A DNA stretch of 64,000 bases from Paraphysomonas bandaiensis (GCA_965644295.1 CBFFRP010000298.1:1-64000), one strand, 5' to 3'; positions 48,271 through 61,621 are shown, numbered from the stretch's first letter. Numbers and translations: made by a program. The notes: generated from the sequence alone by a model not told the origin.

Positions 48271-49326
48271 ATGGCACCAGCAACATGTAATTCCAAACAC
48301 CACATGTCCCTGATATCCGAATTCCAGTCTATTACAACACGACACGCTCAATCTATACGCAAACAGCGCATAGACAAACGGGGAAAACGGGCCGAATCCG
48401 CTGAATTAGCTGTCCAGTATAACACATGGATGATATGGTTCACTAAACACGGATGTAAAATCAATCCCACAATAACTGAACGTGAATTCTGGCGACTGAG
48501 ACAGTGGTATATGTCCTTACGAACATCTAAAAAAAAAGAAACGGTTTCTATTGATGCGATTATTAAGAGCCTTATTAATAGTCAGATATTTACAAGTGAA
48601 GAGGATGTTAATCGTGTATTTATGTTCAAATCAGTCCCTTTGAAAGATAAGAATAAGACTTCAATCACGTTTGATGAGTTATTAACAGCAATTCAAACGA
48701 AAGATATGTACAAAATGAATCGTTTAAGAGCTTTTTTGAAGGTATTAAAGTTAAAGCTTCCATCTGTTGTTCGGTCTGTTCAAAAGGATGAGTCGATGAC
48801 TAGGAATGATAGGGATGATATTACAGAGGGGGATGCAATGTCAATAGCTAATGATGCCTTACCACCTGCGACAGTAGTGCCTATGACAAACACCCATCAT
48901 GAACAGCCGAGTCGTCAGAACTCTCCAGTGAACCGAATGGCTGGAGAAGATACGTGCATAAAGGCAACTCGATCAGTCCGAAAAAAGCTTGCCATGATAA
49001 AAGCCGTGGCTACCAAGGTCGACGCCAGCTTACAATCTAAACAAGATATCAATCAAAATATGCCCACCACAGAGACTACTGAGGACTCTTCCTCTTCACC
49101 GCCGAATGAATCTACGGGAACTATCCCCAAAGTTGTGATGGGGAGTTCGAGGAATAGGAGAGTATCTGTACCCAAGTTGGTGCCCATCGGCAACAATGAC
49201 AAACTTGATACAGAGTCGAAGTTGTCACGTATCCGAAGTGGGAGGAACTCGATCCTCCCAAATACAGTACGTTTGGAGGGCTTGCAGTCACGAGTTGCTG
49301 GTCGAAACATCAGAGAAACAATATAA
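48271..49326 (+). CDS. Hypothetical protein, possible degenerate EF-hand-like region, disordered C-terminus
   Basis: 351-aa intronless ORF; VSIDAII...VNRVF...SITFDELL. Confidence 0.6.
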   Translation: MAPATCNSKHHMSLISEFQSITTRHAQSIRKQRIDKRGKRAESAELAVQYNTWMIWFTKHGCKINPTITEREFWRLRQWYMSLRTSKKKETVSIDAIIKSLINSQIFTSEEDVNRVFMFKSVPLKDKNKTSITFDELLTAIQTKDMYKMNRLRAFLKVLKLKLPSVVRSVQKDESMTRNDRDDITEGDAMSIANDALPPATVVPMTNTHHEQPSRQNSPVNRMAGEDTCIKATRSVRKKLAMIKAVATKVDASLQSKQDINQNMPTTETTEDSSSSPPNESTGTIPKVVMGSSRNRRVSVPKLVPIGNNDKLDTESKLSRIRSGRNSILPNTVRLEGLQSRVAGRNIRETI

Positions 49327-51203
49327 ATTACAAAATGGCTATTCACCTGGTGTTGTATTTATGTGCTCTAGAGTATTTAATGGTATCTATTATTCCTACA
49401 TTATAGTATAGTACATTACAGTATATATATAGGTATGTCCCATCATTGGCATTATGTATTTACTACATGTGTCTTCATGAGGTGCTGTTGTGGTATTAGT
49501 TTTTTTTGTTGTGTATCATTTTGTCCTTGTGTGGTTATTCTCATCGCTGCGCCTTTGGTTGGGATTTTCTAGCAGAAGTTCCTTTATTTCTATCACAGTA
49601 GACACGAAGGTGAATTTTCTATTGTTCAATGGCTGACACCTTTTTAGCTTGAATAAATGAAAAAAGTGGGATACATATATACATTGTATCTAAACAAGGC
49701 AGCTATATAGACAGAGTACATCAAGTATTTTGATTTGGTAATAATGAAGAATTAGTAATATGGTTGAACTAGAATTTCTTGTGTACTGATTCTGGGATTT
49801 GTAAAAGCATACCACATTCTACTTGAACACTGTACACTTGTACTATAATGATACTATTATGATTGCTTGTACTTACGTATTTCTTAGCCACCCCCGAGAG
49901 CACCACATTCATTGCAATATAGCCTCCTTTTCTCGAAACGTCACTACATAGCATTCCTTGAGCAAATTGAGGATAATATACTTGTTTAGTGTTAAGATAA
50001 AATATATTTTCCGAAAGAGAACACATGTCTTTCCGAAATTTGTGTTTTGGGTTTTGGAGACTTCCACAGTTTCCTACTTTGTCTCACCAATTTGTTCAAG
50101 ACGAAATAATAATACTGAACTATATTTTCTATTTTCTATATGTCTTTAGTAGCATTGTAGTGATCGTGCCACATATTACACACATTTACATATCGACTAA
50201 CGCACCACATTCGAAAAATCCGAAAAAGCAATATTATATTACACTTACAAGTAGTTGAATTGGAAATATTCTGTAACAGTCAGACATTTCCAATTCAGTT
50301 TAGCAGTATAGGCCTAGCATAGCATTGGCTGAGAACCCTCCTCCCCTAAAATGTGCTAGATTTTTTGTAATCATGTATGGACTATGCGAGTATAGTATAA
50401 GCAAAGCCGGGATATTAATAAAAGACTTTGCTTAGTGTAATCAACACTAACACTTTACTAGGACATTCCCTCGAAATGGGGCAATATGCACATACGGTAT
50501 CCACTGAGAAAAATATCAGTTGTGTTTCGGAAACACTTATTCGAATTGTATAGTACAGAACTGCAGAGCAGTGAAGTGCGTAGGAATTACACTGTAGGTT
50601 CAAGCAAGGCCACAATAACTCATTTAATCATAAAGATACGTGGCGGTTATCATAATCATGTGAGCATTGCTTAGTTTTGATCAAAACATGATAGATCGCC
50701 CTCAGAATGGGACACATGCAGTGCAGCCATTGCATTGTATTGCACAGTATCTGCTGCTAATACTGTTACATATAAAGCAGACAGTACCAATGAATATTCT
50801 TCACGCAGAATGAATGCATATACAACCTCACAGTGGATATGGTGGTATATATATAATATGTAGGGGATGGAAATGATGTTACGGGAGTGGAGCTACGATT
50901 CTGATATCTACTGCAGATACTGTATGGATGTATGCCGTGTACTGTATGTACCTGGTATCTATGGATTTTATCCAAAATCAACAGAAATACACAAAAAAGA
51001 AAGGCTATTCCATGTTAATACAATAGAATACGAATGGAATACACCCACGGACCTATTCCTCCCAAACTGAAATCACTTTTATCCCAATATGTCTCTTCAA
51101 GATAGCAATAGGAATGTGGTGTGTATGATATATATACACGCATAACTCCCACTGACTCCAATTAATTAACTCCATAACTCAGTTAATAACAAGGAAAGAA
51201 AAG

Positions 51204-51539
51204 ATGGCACCTGCAACTGGAAAGAAATCAAAGAAGACCGTGGAGTCAATCAACTCCAGGCTGCAGCTGGTGATGAGATCTGGCAAGGCTGCATTAGGAT
51301 ATAAGACAACTATTAAGGCACTCCGTAATACTAAAGCGAAAATGGTTATTATCTCATCAAACTGTCCTCCATTACGCAAATCGGAGATTGAATACTATGC
51401 CATGTTAGCTAAGTGTTCAGTGCATCATTATGCAGGTAACAATAGTGATCTTGGCACTGCATGCGGAAAATTCTATAGAGTTTCAATGCTATCTGTTACT
51501 GATGCTGGAGATTCAGATATTCTCAGACCTTCTGCTTAA
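51204..51539 (+). CDS. RPL30: 60S ribosomal protein eL30
   Basis: [55 protein letters not shown]. Confidence 0.98.
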   Translation: MAPATGKKSKKTVESINSRLQLVMRSGKAALGYKTTIKALRNTKAKMVIISSNCPPLRKSEIEYYAMLAKCSVHHYAGNNSDLGTACGKFYRVSMLSVTDAGDSDILRPSA

Positions 51540-52693
51540 GTGTTTGTATCTATGATTTCCATTTGCGTCTAATAAAAGGTGCCATTTTCTCAAGTTTATA
51601 TTCTTGTTTTGTCTGTCGAGCCACTCGTATGTGGGTAGATTAATACACCACGTTCAAGTCGAGGTATTACCATTCGAACACAGCCGATTGACATTGAGGA
51701 AGACTATATGCAAATAATTGTCTAATGCTATATACATGCAAGTCCGTATAACTTTTTTCTTCGGACGTTACCAGCAGAGATAGTTTAGGTAGTGCCGCTT
51801 TGTAAATCATAATATCGTAGAACGGCTTCATCACCTTAGTATGATGAATAGGTTATGATAAGACTCTCTAACATAGGTCCATACAAGATAGTAAAAGGTA
51901 CAGTGTGCTTGAGGCCCTTCATACTTTGCAACCGCACGAATATATATCATACATGAAAGGTTTTCAAGAAATCTCTGTATCTGGATAGAAAAGAACATAA
52001 GCTTATATGACGTGGGACGTGTCAGCTCTGTTGATTACAATTACCCTGCAACTACACACTAAGTTTACTGCATAGTTCACAGGATACTTTCTTAACAAGT
52101 TCTATCCAATATTAGCAATGGTATGCTTGTTTGTTCAAAACACAAACTAATTCCATATCATGTTTAGAATTTTCTTGAACTCTCCTGCTGTAACGTAAAT
52201 TTAATAGACTTATATAATAGTAGCACAGGCACAATTTATGCAAACAGTGTCAGTACACTCCGTATTCATCTTGTCACATTTTTATTTGTGCCAGTACAAA
52301 ACTATTATATTGAAGTGTGTACGTGGGTATGGGGTATGATGGTATTGAGTATTGAGGTGTGTCAGTATAATGTAAAATGCTACTCCTACGTTTAGGGTAA
52401 CTGGTAAGATTGAGTAGATGTTCTTTTACCTTTCATACGGGAGTGAAATATTTGATGGTTAGTTGGTCCTCTAACAGCGTTCGATAAGTAAAATTGGGGG
52501 TAGAAGCGTTTGAGCATGATGTCCTGGTTCCAATATTGGACATGTGGTGGAAGTGGATACGGAGTGCTATAACTTGAAACCTGTACTGCATACACAGTAT
52601 TCATTCAGAGTGCAGAGGGGTGATGGGTGACCTACCAGCTGATATGAGGGCATATCTCGCAAAACAAAAGATAAAAAAGGGCTGTATTTCTAT

Positions 52694-53227
52694 TTACAAT
52701 TCAAAACCAAAAGTAAACGGGTTATTGCTACACTTAACAGTATCCCCATCTAATCCTACACCATCAACATGCCCACTAGCACACACACCATCTACCCATT
52801 GATCAATATTTCTCTTTGATTTCATAGGAGTTACTTGAGTGCCATCTTCTCGTCTAACAGGTGCTCCAACAGACAGGTTAAGGCCTCTACCATATCGTCT
52901 CTTCCTCCTTTCGTCATCAGTTAATTCAGGATCACGATAAGACATTAATTGGAAGGCTGTTAATGGCAATATTTCATCTCTACGTTCATTCTGTATACTA
53001 TCGTCTGCCTCCTCATGTACCTTATCAGGCACTGCATCAGGCTGCTTCTGTTTCTTCTTCTTTTTCTTATTTCTTTTTTTGTTTTTACTTAAATTTTTTT
53101 CAACTGGTTCATTAACACTGTTTTTTTCATCATCTTTTTTAGTTTTTTCATCATCTTTTTCATTAAAATTGAATCGAAATTCATTTTTTACTGATAAATT
53201 TTGAAATTCTTTGGCAAGAGTGTTCAT
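52694..53227 (-). CDS. Hypothetical Lys-rich protein
   Basis: 177-aa ORF with poly-K NLS-like tract; FRFNF at the start and FTFGF at the end. Confidence 0.6.
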   Translation of the reverse strand: MNTLAKEFQNLSVKNEFRFNFNEKDDEKTKKDDEKNSVNEPVEKNLSKNKKRNKKKKKKQKQPDAVPDKVHEEADDSIQNERRDEILPLTAFQLMSYRDPELTDDERRKRRYGRGLNLSVGAPVRREDGTQVTPMKSKRNIDQWVDGVCASGHVDGVGLDGDTVKCSNNPFTFGFEL

Positions 53228-53689
53228 TTTGAGTATGGGCTTATGTGTTGCTGTGTGAGGGAAGTGTGTTGAGTGTTGAAGTCATGTATGGATAGGATCA
53301 TATAGAGATAGGATCATGTACGGCATGTATGTTAATAGAGCTCTGTCGCCATAGCATATACACATATATCGATTTGGAAGCAGTCCAATACGAATCTGTA
53401 CTGTATACACACACACGTCTACACTCCTACATCTAGACATACTCATACAAACACCGCATTCATGGTATACAGCACAGTATACAGTAGCAGGGAGATGTCC
53501 ACCGCACAGAGTACAGGAGTACACTGTATTCATGCACCGTATTCGCTAGTATACTACTCTACAGAGCACACATATACACACCTGCTAATGTGCGTGTATA
53601 ACCCTAATGACATTATCAGGTCACTTTAAAAGGAAATATTTCCACCATTTATCCATTCCATCCCCTCTTTCTCAACTCCCTTCATCATA

Positions 53690-55005
53690 ATGTCCGCATT
53701 AATCCGCCGTGGCGTACACCTCCTTACACGCCCCCGTAATTACCAATTCGGGTGTTATCTTGAAGGGCCACTGCGGAGACCGTTGATTGGTTGCGAGCCT
53801 CGAAGACAACTTCACTTCACGTCTGTGAATTTAGGCATTACAGACACCATATCAAACAAATTAAAGAGCACAATGGAAACTTCGAGAGGTAATGATTGGC
53901 TAATATTGACTTCGAAAAGAGTGTTTACACTTTCTTAGAAAAATCTTTTACGGACATGATAAACGTCATGCTCAATTCACCACAATGGAAATTAGGGCTA
54001 TGGAAAGGCACCTTAGAGGTAGTATTCTTGCATGTCATTGGCCGAGGATGCTGACTGATGCACCTACATGCAGGCACAGTCGAAACAGTGGGCGATGTAC
54101 ATTCCTGGGGTCAGTCAAACGGTATGGTCACACACCATTAGCTCATATCATGTGTAGACGTAGGGTGCATATATTTTCATCATATATCCGTATATGCCTA
54201 TGCTAGATCTCTTATATCTTATCAGTGCGCTTATCGTATACACTTATCGGTATATATATCCTGACGATGGTGCATATATAGGAGGAGGTCAAGATGATGA
54301 AGCAGTCTTTGAGTGTACTTAATGCCATGACGCCTGAGGAGCTGGACTCTCCTGGAAAAATAAAGGGATCTCAGAAGGAGAGAATCGCTGTAGCATCTAA
54401 CACTGTGAGTTTGTGCATTACTTTTGTTGTGAGATGCATCGATATATTATATTGCGATAAATAGGCGTTATATTGAAATCGATATGATGTATATGACATT
54501 TATGTATTTGGTGGTATGCTCATGTCGTGTATGGTGAATAACTGCTGTACTGTGGAATTTGCTGACTGTCATTTGTCTGTACCGATGACGTCTTTTAGTC
54601 TACGCAGGATGTAACAAAGGTGATTTTACAGTTCCAGCAGTCAGCCATTGTACATGGTTGGTTACGTATGAAGTAAGTAATACGTCCACAATTAAGCGTA
54701 GTGCATGCGGATATTTCACCTCAAGTGGATTCTGTTCAATTCATTGTTCTGAAATATGTGGTATATTTCGAATGGTTATATCATTTAATATCGCGGTGTG
54801 ACTGTAGAAAACAAGCTGGCGAAGCCCTCCCTAAAACGGAGAAGGAGATGGCTACAATGCAGCAAAACGATCCGAGAATACGCACTATTGCCTCAAAAAT
54901 GTGAGAATGCTCAAGTTTTTAAACAATATTTGTATTAACTGTATTCTTAGTATGAACCCGACGGGTACGAAGGTTCGCAGTGGGAGGAGGAGAAGCGCAT
55001 TTTGA
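53690..55005 (+). CDS. Mitochondrion-targeted stand-alone SRP54/Ffh M-domain protein (7 exons)
   Basis: Presequence MSALIRRGVHLLTRPR; spliced VLNAMTPEELDSPGKIKGSQKERIAVASNT|STQDVTKVILQF matches the Ffh M-domain motif; all six introns are GT-AG and keep frame. Confidence 0.8.
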
Positions 55006-55720
55006 GCTCGTGTCCGTATTGCTCCCTACGAACCTGAAAGTAGTTTGTTTAAATTCTTCCGACAAGTCGTTGTAACTAAATAGTGGACAAAATAAGTCGA
55101 ACGATATGCTGTTGGTTATAGGCTTTATATTTTGACTGTGGTGCGATAGGCAAATCACAGTGTAAGTGGTACGTCTTGCGCATAGCATCCATATGCTATA
55201 GATATAAGAAATTTACGCTCGTCACATCAAGCACAAAAATTTTGAGAAACTTGACCCACATATCCATAAAATCGATAAAGTGTTACATAAAATGAGTGGC
55301 ATATCCATATTATACATACGACATAGAACTAGGTGAGATATTGACATTTTATCCGCGATATTGTTGGTCGCACAGGTACTTCTGAGTTCTGAGGGAGAAA
55401 TTCGATGTCCTTATTAGTAAGTCATTCTCAAATGACTATAAACTAACTAACTTCTCTTACATTAGCGCGACAGCAAAATATTCGTATTGCTAGTATTTGT
55501 AAAATTATAATTTACACATTTACACCAGAGTTCGGTTACAACTATAAATTATATAAAAAACGTAATGTTTACATAAATCTAGTAGATTGATAATAATAGA
55601 CTTTTACAGGTGAATATTAGATTAAATTAAGAAATCGCAGTACAATATCGCACAGTAGAGTGGTAAAGATTTAAACGAGTCAAGTATTATACGTTCGCAC
55701 ACCATTCGATCTACATTGCT

Positions 55721-57271
55721 TTACACCCCAGTACTGGCCAAAAAATGTTCTTGCTTGTCATGAGCTGCAGGTCTGATCGAAGCTATGATCCAGTAGAGCA
55801 CCCATGCACAGTCTGTGATGCCCAACCGCTCAATAGAGAGCGCCAAATACGCCAAAGCATAACATCCCCGCATATTCATGAATACTATCGGGTTATTTTC
55901 GGCAAGTAACTGTGGAGTTAGCTGAGCGAATTGAAGAAGAATGAGTATACCAGGAATACCGACGGATACAATTGGGTAGTACAGTGATGGTGGCATATAC
56001 GGACTATCTTTAGGAAAAGCGGAAAAGTGAGTTAATTGAGCAACAAGAAACCCTAGAGGTACAACTATCATCTGACGCCCTAGAAGAAACCTCTTCACTC
56101 TATCTTCTTCGATGACGTTATTATCATCGCGTTTTTCTGGATTAGCCTCTTTCTTGGTGTCAGTAGGAGCCTCACAAGACGAAGGCAAAGCCGTTAATTT
56201 GTAGCTGTGGCCATTCAACAGGAAATGAACCCGATCAGCTCGCACGGTACCCGGAGCTTGGTATACTCCACTGCCCTTCACAGTGAGCTTCGATGAACCC
56301 ATGATAAGATCTGGATGGTGGGGCGGTAGATGGGTGGTGCTAACAACTGCAACCTTAAGGCCTTCGCAATAAAAAACGACAACAAGTGTTGACAACAGGA
56401 GTATAATTTGTGCAGAAAGTGGAAGACTCGGTGATAACACTCCATAGTTTTGCGACATGCTGTACAACACAAAGCATAACGACGCAATGGTTATAAGAGT
56501 GCTGACCATGTACTGCATTAATCTGATGGAATAATTGTACCCACATTTACCAGAAGAAGACGGAATGGAAGCTTGAGACGGACTACTCAATAGCGATTCA
56601 GCATCATCACCAGAAAAGCTTGTGGTATGAGCTGCGAACATGCTCCTGTTCAACCAATCAAATAAAAGGAATACGAACTTAACAATTCCTATTTGCTCAA
56701 TTGCGAGAGCAAGTCTGATGATGGAGTAGATGCCGGGGATATCCAGACACACTAGGGGATACTCTTTAGCTAGCATTGATGGAAGAAGCTGAGCTATAGT
56801 GACAGTCAGTATCACTCCAGGGAGACCTGACTTAACCAACACATGAAACAGAAGTGACTGCTTACCGAAAGAGACCCCTAGTATTTCATTCGTTGGAAAG
56901 TAAGCGAAAGTCGTCAACTGAGCGATTGTGAAACTGCAGCAAACGACTAAGAAAGATTGACCAATCAACAGACGCTTCAGTTGTCCCTCACATGTACTGA
57001 ACATAAGTCTATGCACTTTAGCTGCACGAGAATATCCCATTGACTCTATACGCTCCTCAGTCATATGATGGATACCTAATACCCCCACTTGAAACGCTTC
57101 ATTGCATGCAAGCAACAGTAATGAGCATATGAGGAGTGGCAGTTCAACTAGAGGCCCTCCAAAGTCAGCTATGTTGTAGTCCAATAGAATACCATAGAAT
57201 ACCGTAACGGTCGCGAGGAGTCCAAATAGAACACTAGAGACATGACGGAGATAAGAGACGATGAGGGACAT
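55721..57271 (-). CDS. SIT: Silicon transporter (SIT family), two-repeat ~10 TM form
   Basis: Two homologous halves: NEAFQ..LLIGQS..IAQLTTF..GLPG..AQLLP and CEGLK..RFLLGRQ..VAQLTHF..GIPG..AQLTPQLLA; intronless, 516 aa. Confidence 0.85.
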   Translation of the reverse strand: MSLIVSYLRHVSSVLFGLLATVTVFYGILLDYNIADFGGPLVELPLLICSLLLLACNEAFQVGVLGIHHMTEERIESMGYSRAAKVHRLMFSTCEGQLKRLLIGQSFLVVCCSFTIAQLTTFAYFPTNEILGVSFGKQSLLFHVLVKSGLPGVILTVTIAQLLPSMLAKEYPLVCLDIPGIYSIIRLALAIEQIGIVKFVFLLFDWLNRSMFAAHTTSFSGDDAESLLSSPSQASIPSSSGKCGYNYSIRLMQYMVSTLITIASLCFVLYSMSQNYGVLSPSLPLSAQIILLLSTLVVVFYCEGLKVAVVSTTHLPPHHPDLIMGSSKLTVKGSGVYQAPGTVRADRVHFLLNGHSYKLTALPSSCEAPTDTKKEANPEKRDDNNVIEEDRVKRFLLGRQMIVVPLGFLVAQLTHFSAFPKDSPYMPPSLYYPIVSVGIPGILILLQFAQLTPQLLAENNPIVFMNMRGCYALAYLALSIERLGITDCAWVLYWIIASIRPAAHDKQEHFLASTGV

Positions 57272-57804
57272 GAATGGGATTCAGATGATGCTTGTGAATG
57301 GATATGATAGTATGTGACAGTATAGAATGGTTTATTATGATGTGTGTTTTGTATAGTGTATGGTGTATATATATGTACAGTGTAGCATGCTATAAGATCA
57401 TAATACCGTATGGATGCATACACATACATACACTGCACAGAGTGTTACATGCATACATATACACTACATGTCAATATATACGTACATATTCTATAGTAGC
57501 ATACTACATACACTACACTGAGTGTATTGTACAGTATGGTATTAGGGTGTTACCATATATATGTGTGGATTGTGCATGTGCTTTACGTGTGTGGTGCTTA
57601 GTGTTAGGTCAAAAATAGATCTTGACTTGACACTAAACGAAGATACAAAGAAGTGAGGAATGATATGAGAGAAGTGAGTGTCACTATGAGAGCACTCATA
57701 GTACTAACTATACAGAGCATGTATATGTATGGCAATGAAGTGAAGTCATCATCTCAGATACATCATCATGATGCAGGTCAGTATCTATATCTATATACTG
57801 TACG

Positions 57805-58300
57805 TATGTATGTAGGTAGGTAGGTAGGTAGGTAGGTAGGTATGTATGTATGTATGTATGTATGTATGTATGTATGTATGTATGTATGTATGTATGTATG
57901 TATGTATGTATGTATGTATGTATGTATGTATGTATGTATGTATGTATGTATGTATGTATGTATGTATGTATGTATGTATGTATGTATGTATGTATGTATG
58001 TATGTATGTATGTATGTATGTATATGTATGTATATGTATGTAGGTATGTAGGTATGTATGTATGTATGTATGTATGTATGTATGTATGTATGTATGTATG
58101 TATGTATGTATGTATGTATGTATGTATGTATGTATGTATGTATGTATGTATGTATGTATGTATGTATGTATGTATGTATGTATGTATGTATGTATGTATG
58201 TATGTATGTATGTATGTATGTATGTATGTATGTATGTATGTATGTATGTATGTATGTATGTATATGTATATATATGTATGTACTACGATGTATGTGTATG
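57805..58300. repeat. (TAGG)n/(TATG)n microsatellite
   Basis: Direct reading. Confidence 0.97.
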
Positions 58301-58373
58301 GTATTCTTATATTGTGTTCATGTATCAGGGTAATGTGTATGTATATGTAATTAACACTATCAAACCACTCACG

Positions 58374-60585
58374 ATGTTAAGCAATAAAGACTTCGCCTAT
58401 ATCCTTAGTGGCAAAAGTGAAGCCTCAGATGAAGGCAAAACACGCTTTGGATTAGATCAAATAAGACAATGGGACAAACAGAATAAATTAAAAGGCAAAA
58501 CTAAACATACTAATAAACAACAAAAAAAGAGGGATTCAGAGGGAGAAGGAGCCTCTGTGAAGACATCTGAGGAGTCCGGATATAGAGATAGAGCTCAAGA
58601 GAGGAGGAAAGATGTTAATCCTGATTATGGGCATATGGAGGGGCTCAATGAGTTAGATGTTGAACAAACCAAGTATCTAGGTATGTATATCCGTACATGT
58701 ATACGATGGGGGGATATGATTATACGTATAGTATGAGTTAGATGTTGAACAAGCCAAGTACCATATGAGGATATGGTTATACAAAAGAGTATGTGTATAT
58801 ATGTGAGCTAGACATCGAGCAAACCCAATACCTAAATATATGACTGTATATAAGGATAATGGTATGATATAGTGGTGGAGAGTAATATATTGAGCGGACC
58901 AAGTCCTTAGATACATATAAGTGTTTGAGTGTGAGTATATATATGAGTATAGATGTGAACATAGGATAACTTGTCTAGCGTATTCTACGTTATGGAGTTG
59001 TGCAAGAATCTATGCGTTTTGATGAATTGCGGCTTGTATTTTATATATCTACTTTTGCTGTGATTTACACTGTTCGAATTTGTATAGTTCTTATGTGTTT
59101 ATAGGAGGAGACACTGAGCATACTCATCTAGTAAAGGGGTTGGATTATGCTCTTTTGCGTAAGGTGCGCTCTGAAGCCGAGCAAGCCTCTAAAGAGCAGG
59201 ATGACCAATCGACTAGCGGTTCTTCTTGTCGGTTAGCTGATATCACTCCAGTATCTCATATGGGAGCGAAATTAAAGGATATGTTACTGTCTTCGAATGT
59301 GGAGAATCCTAGGAAAATGCAAAATTCGGATAAATTATTAAGTAGAACGGGGTATGAATTTGATTTGAACCCGCTGTCGAATCAAGATCTGCCTACCATT
59401 GTGCTTCGTAGCAAACAGGTAATATGAAGTTCAAATCGATGTTGATGTGTAGTGTGGGATTTTTCCTTCATTTGATGTTGCTGGCGTGCAACAAGCAATC
59501 TAGTCAGAGCTATGTAGTTATATTCTTCATGCAGGAACAAAACTCAGACAGCAATTGTCCGGCCTACATAGTTCCTGCCAATCTTCTCGTCAAATTGACC
59601 GAGTCATTTTCATCCGAGAAGCAGGCCCTCCGCAAGAAATCAAAATCTGCATCCCTAACTAAAGTATCCCGGCAACCGCCCAAGCAAATCGAGGCCCCAC
59701 CAAAGCCTGAACCGGTTGATATTTTTGATGACGTCGGCAAGTATGTTCCTGAACTACCCACAGCGAGTTCAGGAGGACGTTCGGAAGATCGTTCTACAAG
59801 TTCTACTTCAAAGTACTTCACGTCAACATCGGATGATGTATCCCCAGCCGCTCCGCAAGATCTAATGGCTCCCGTTAAAAAGCTTCTGGAAGCTCAAAAT
59901 CAAAAGCAGAAGATCTTAGAGTCATCTAGTAGTTCGAAGATAGTAGTTGAGGAAGGAAAGAAGCATAGGGATATATTTGGGGGATTAGAAGAAAAGAAGA
60001 AAAAGCAAATAGGACACTCTATGACCACCAGTTCGTCGTATGATGTGTATCCTGAAAATGCAGATTATGAGGTGAGTGGTAGTGCAGTGTGTGTGATATC
60101 TGATGTACCGTCTTTGCATTACGTTGCTGCAGCATTATATTTTCTATTGTATTTCGAAAGTTTTCTACAGTTTCGCTTCTTAAAAATTATTATATTTTGT
60201 ACTGATATCTATTCTACTATTCTAGATGTATGATAGTGACGGCGAAGAAAAGAAAAAGAAGAAACCAACATCTACATCAGAGGGTGGTAAACCAGCACCC
60301 AGTAGAAGAGCTAGAGAGGCAAATGCGAATAGAAACCAAGGTATTGGCATGTTCTTTGTTATGTATGTTTTATTATACAGCTGAATGATACGCTTTCACG
60401 ATCTACTAAAGTATAGTCTATTTTGTGTGTTACAAGGCATAATATTGTATGTGTTTTTGCTTATACCGTAGTAATTCTTTCTGTTAGGGGGCGCTGGAGT
60501 TTCCAGTGATGGCATGAACAGAGCACAAAGAAGAGCCTTGCAGCGAGGTGACGACGTATCCGCTAAACGACCTAAGCATAGCTAG
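58374..60585 (+). CDS. IK: Protein RED / IK spliceosomal factor homolog (5 exons)
   Basis: LSNKDF, YRDRAQERR, TKYLG|GDTEHTHLVKGLDYALLRKVR, DIFDDVGKY. Confidence 0.88.
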
Positions 60586-61621
60586 TTTAATCAAATGTAC
60601 CGGACTGCAGATAATCGACAGCATGAACAAAATGTGAAACACTGTTCCGCTTTTAGCTTTTTACTATATCTAGCAGGGTGGATACGTGTAGGAGTTTAGA
60701 TATGAGCCGTCGGTGTGTTTGTTTATGACCTCATTAGTGTAATAATAGGGCGTTTATCAAGCTGTTAGGTGTAATAGAAGAACATGCTCGAGATGGAATA
60801 TAGCGTAGGATTCTATGAATGTAAATTGTACTCTTGGTTAGAAAGATTGATGTGATCATTATTGAGTGTTGGGTAATAAACGTAGATATTTTTGAGTTTT
60901 GCGTATTTGTAAGCAATTACAGCCGTTAGTTGAAGAATACCGTAAATGACAACTGTAGTACAATAATTAATATGGTATGATAGGAATTGCGATAGAGAAA
61001 CCGAACTACAGTGTATAGAAACAATATTGATGGAAAATTTGGCCGGCCCACCAATCAATATATTGTACAATGTATTGCAATTCAATATATTGTTTCCTGT
61101 TTCCTAGCTCTGAACTACTCTGACTGTCTAAGATCGTGACCGTTTAATATCTAACAATATTGATTGGTAGAGAAACATAAATTTAGCGAATGACATTGCA
61201 TGATAAGAGATGTTGATTAAAGTTATATACTAATTGTTGGGTGAGTTCAACGCTCAGTTATTTAAGTCTTAACCATCCTAATGTCTAATACTAATACGTA
61301 TTCTGTGGAATTCACGTAAGTGTTATTATATCAATAAATCTAACCCCAACTCAAACGCACCATACACGCCAAAGTGCATTGGCTAACACTACAAACATCA
61401 TTTTGTACTAACGACTACAACATCATATATCTTGACTACTGGATACTTACAGTCTATGTACCAGGGCAGCGAGTACTTACAATTTTTCATTCACCATGCA
61501 AGATCCCGTGGTATTGTCCACCGATAACCAAATACGATATGATCTCAGGCATGTGACCCAATTCCATGTAACCACCATAAAACTATATACGTGCGTGTTC
61601 TATAGGGATTGAGATATCACC

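Noticed and set aside
60960-61175. Short inverted CAATATTGATTGG motifs as a MITE
   Set aside because: Too short and AT-rich; no defined ends or TSD.
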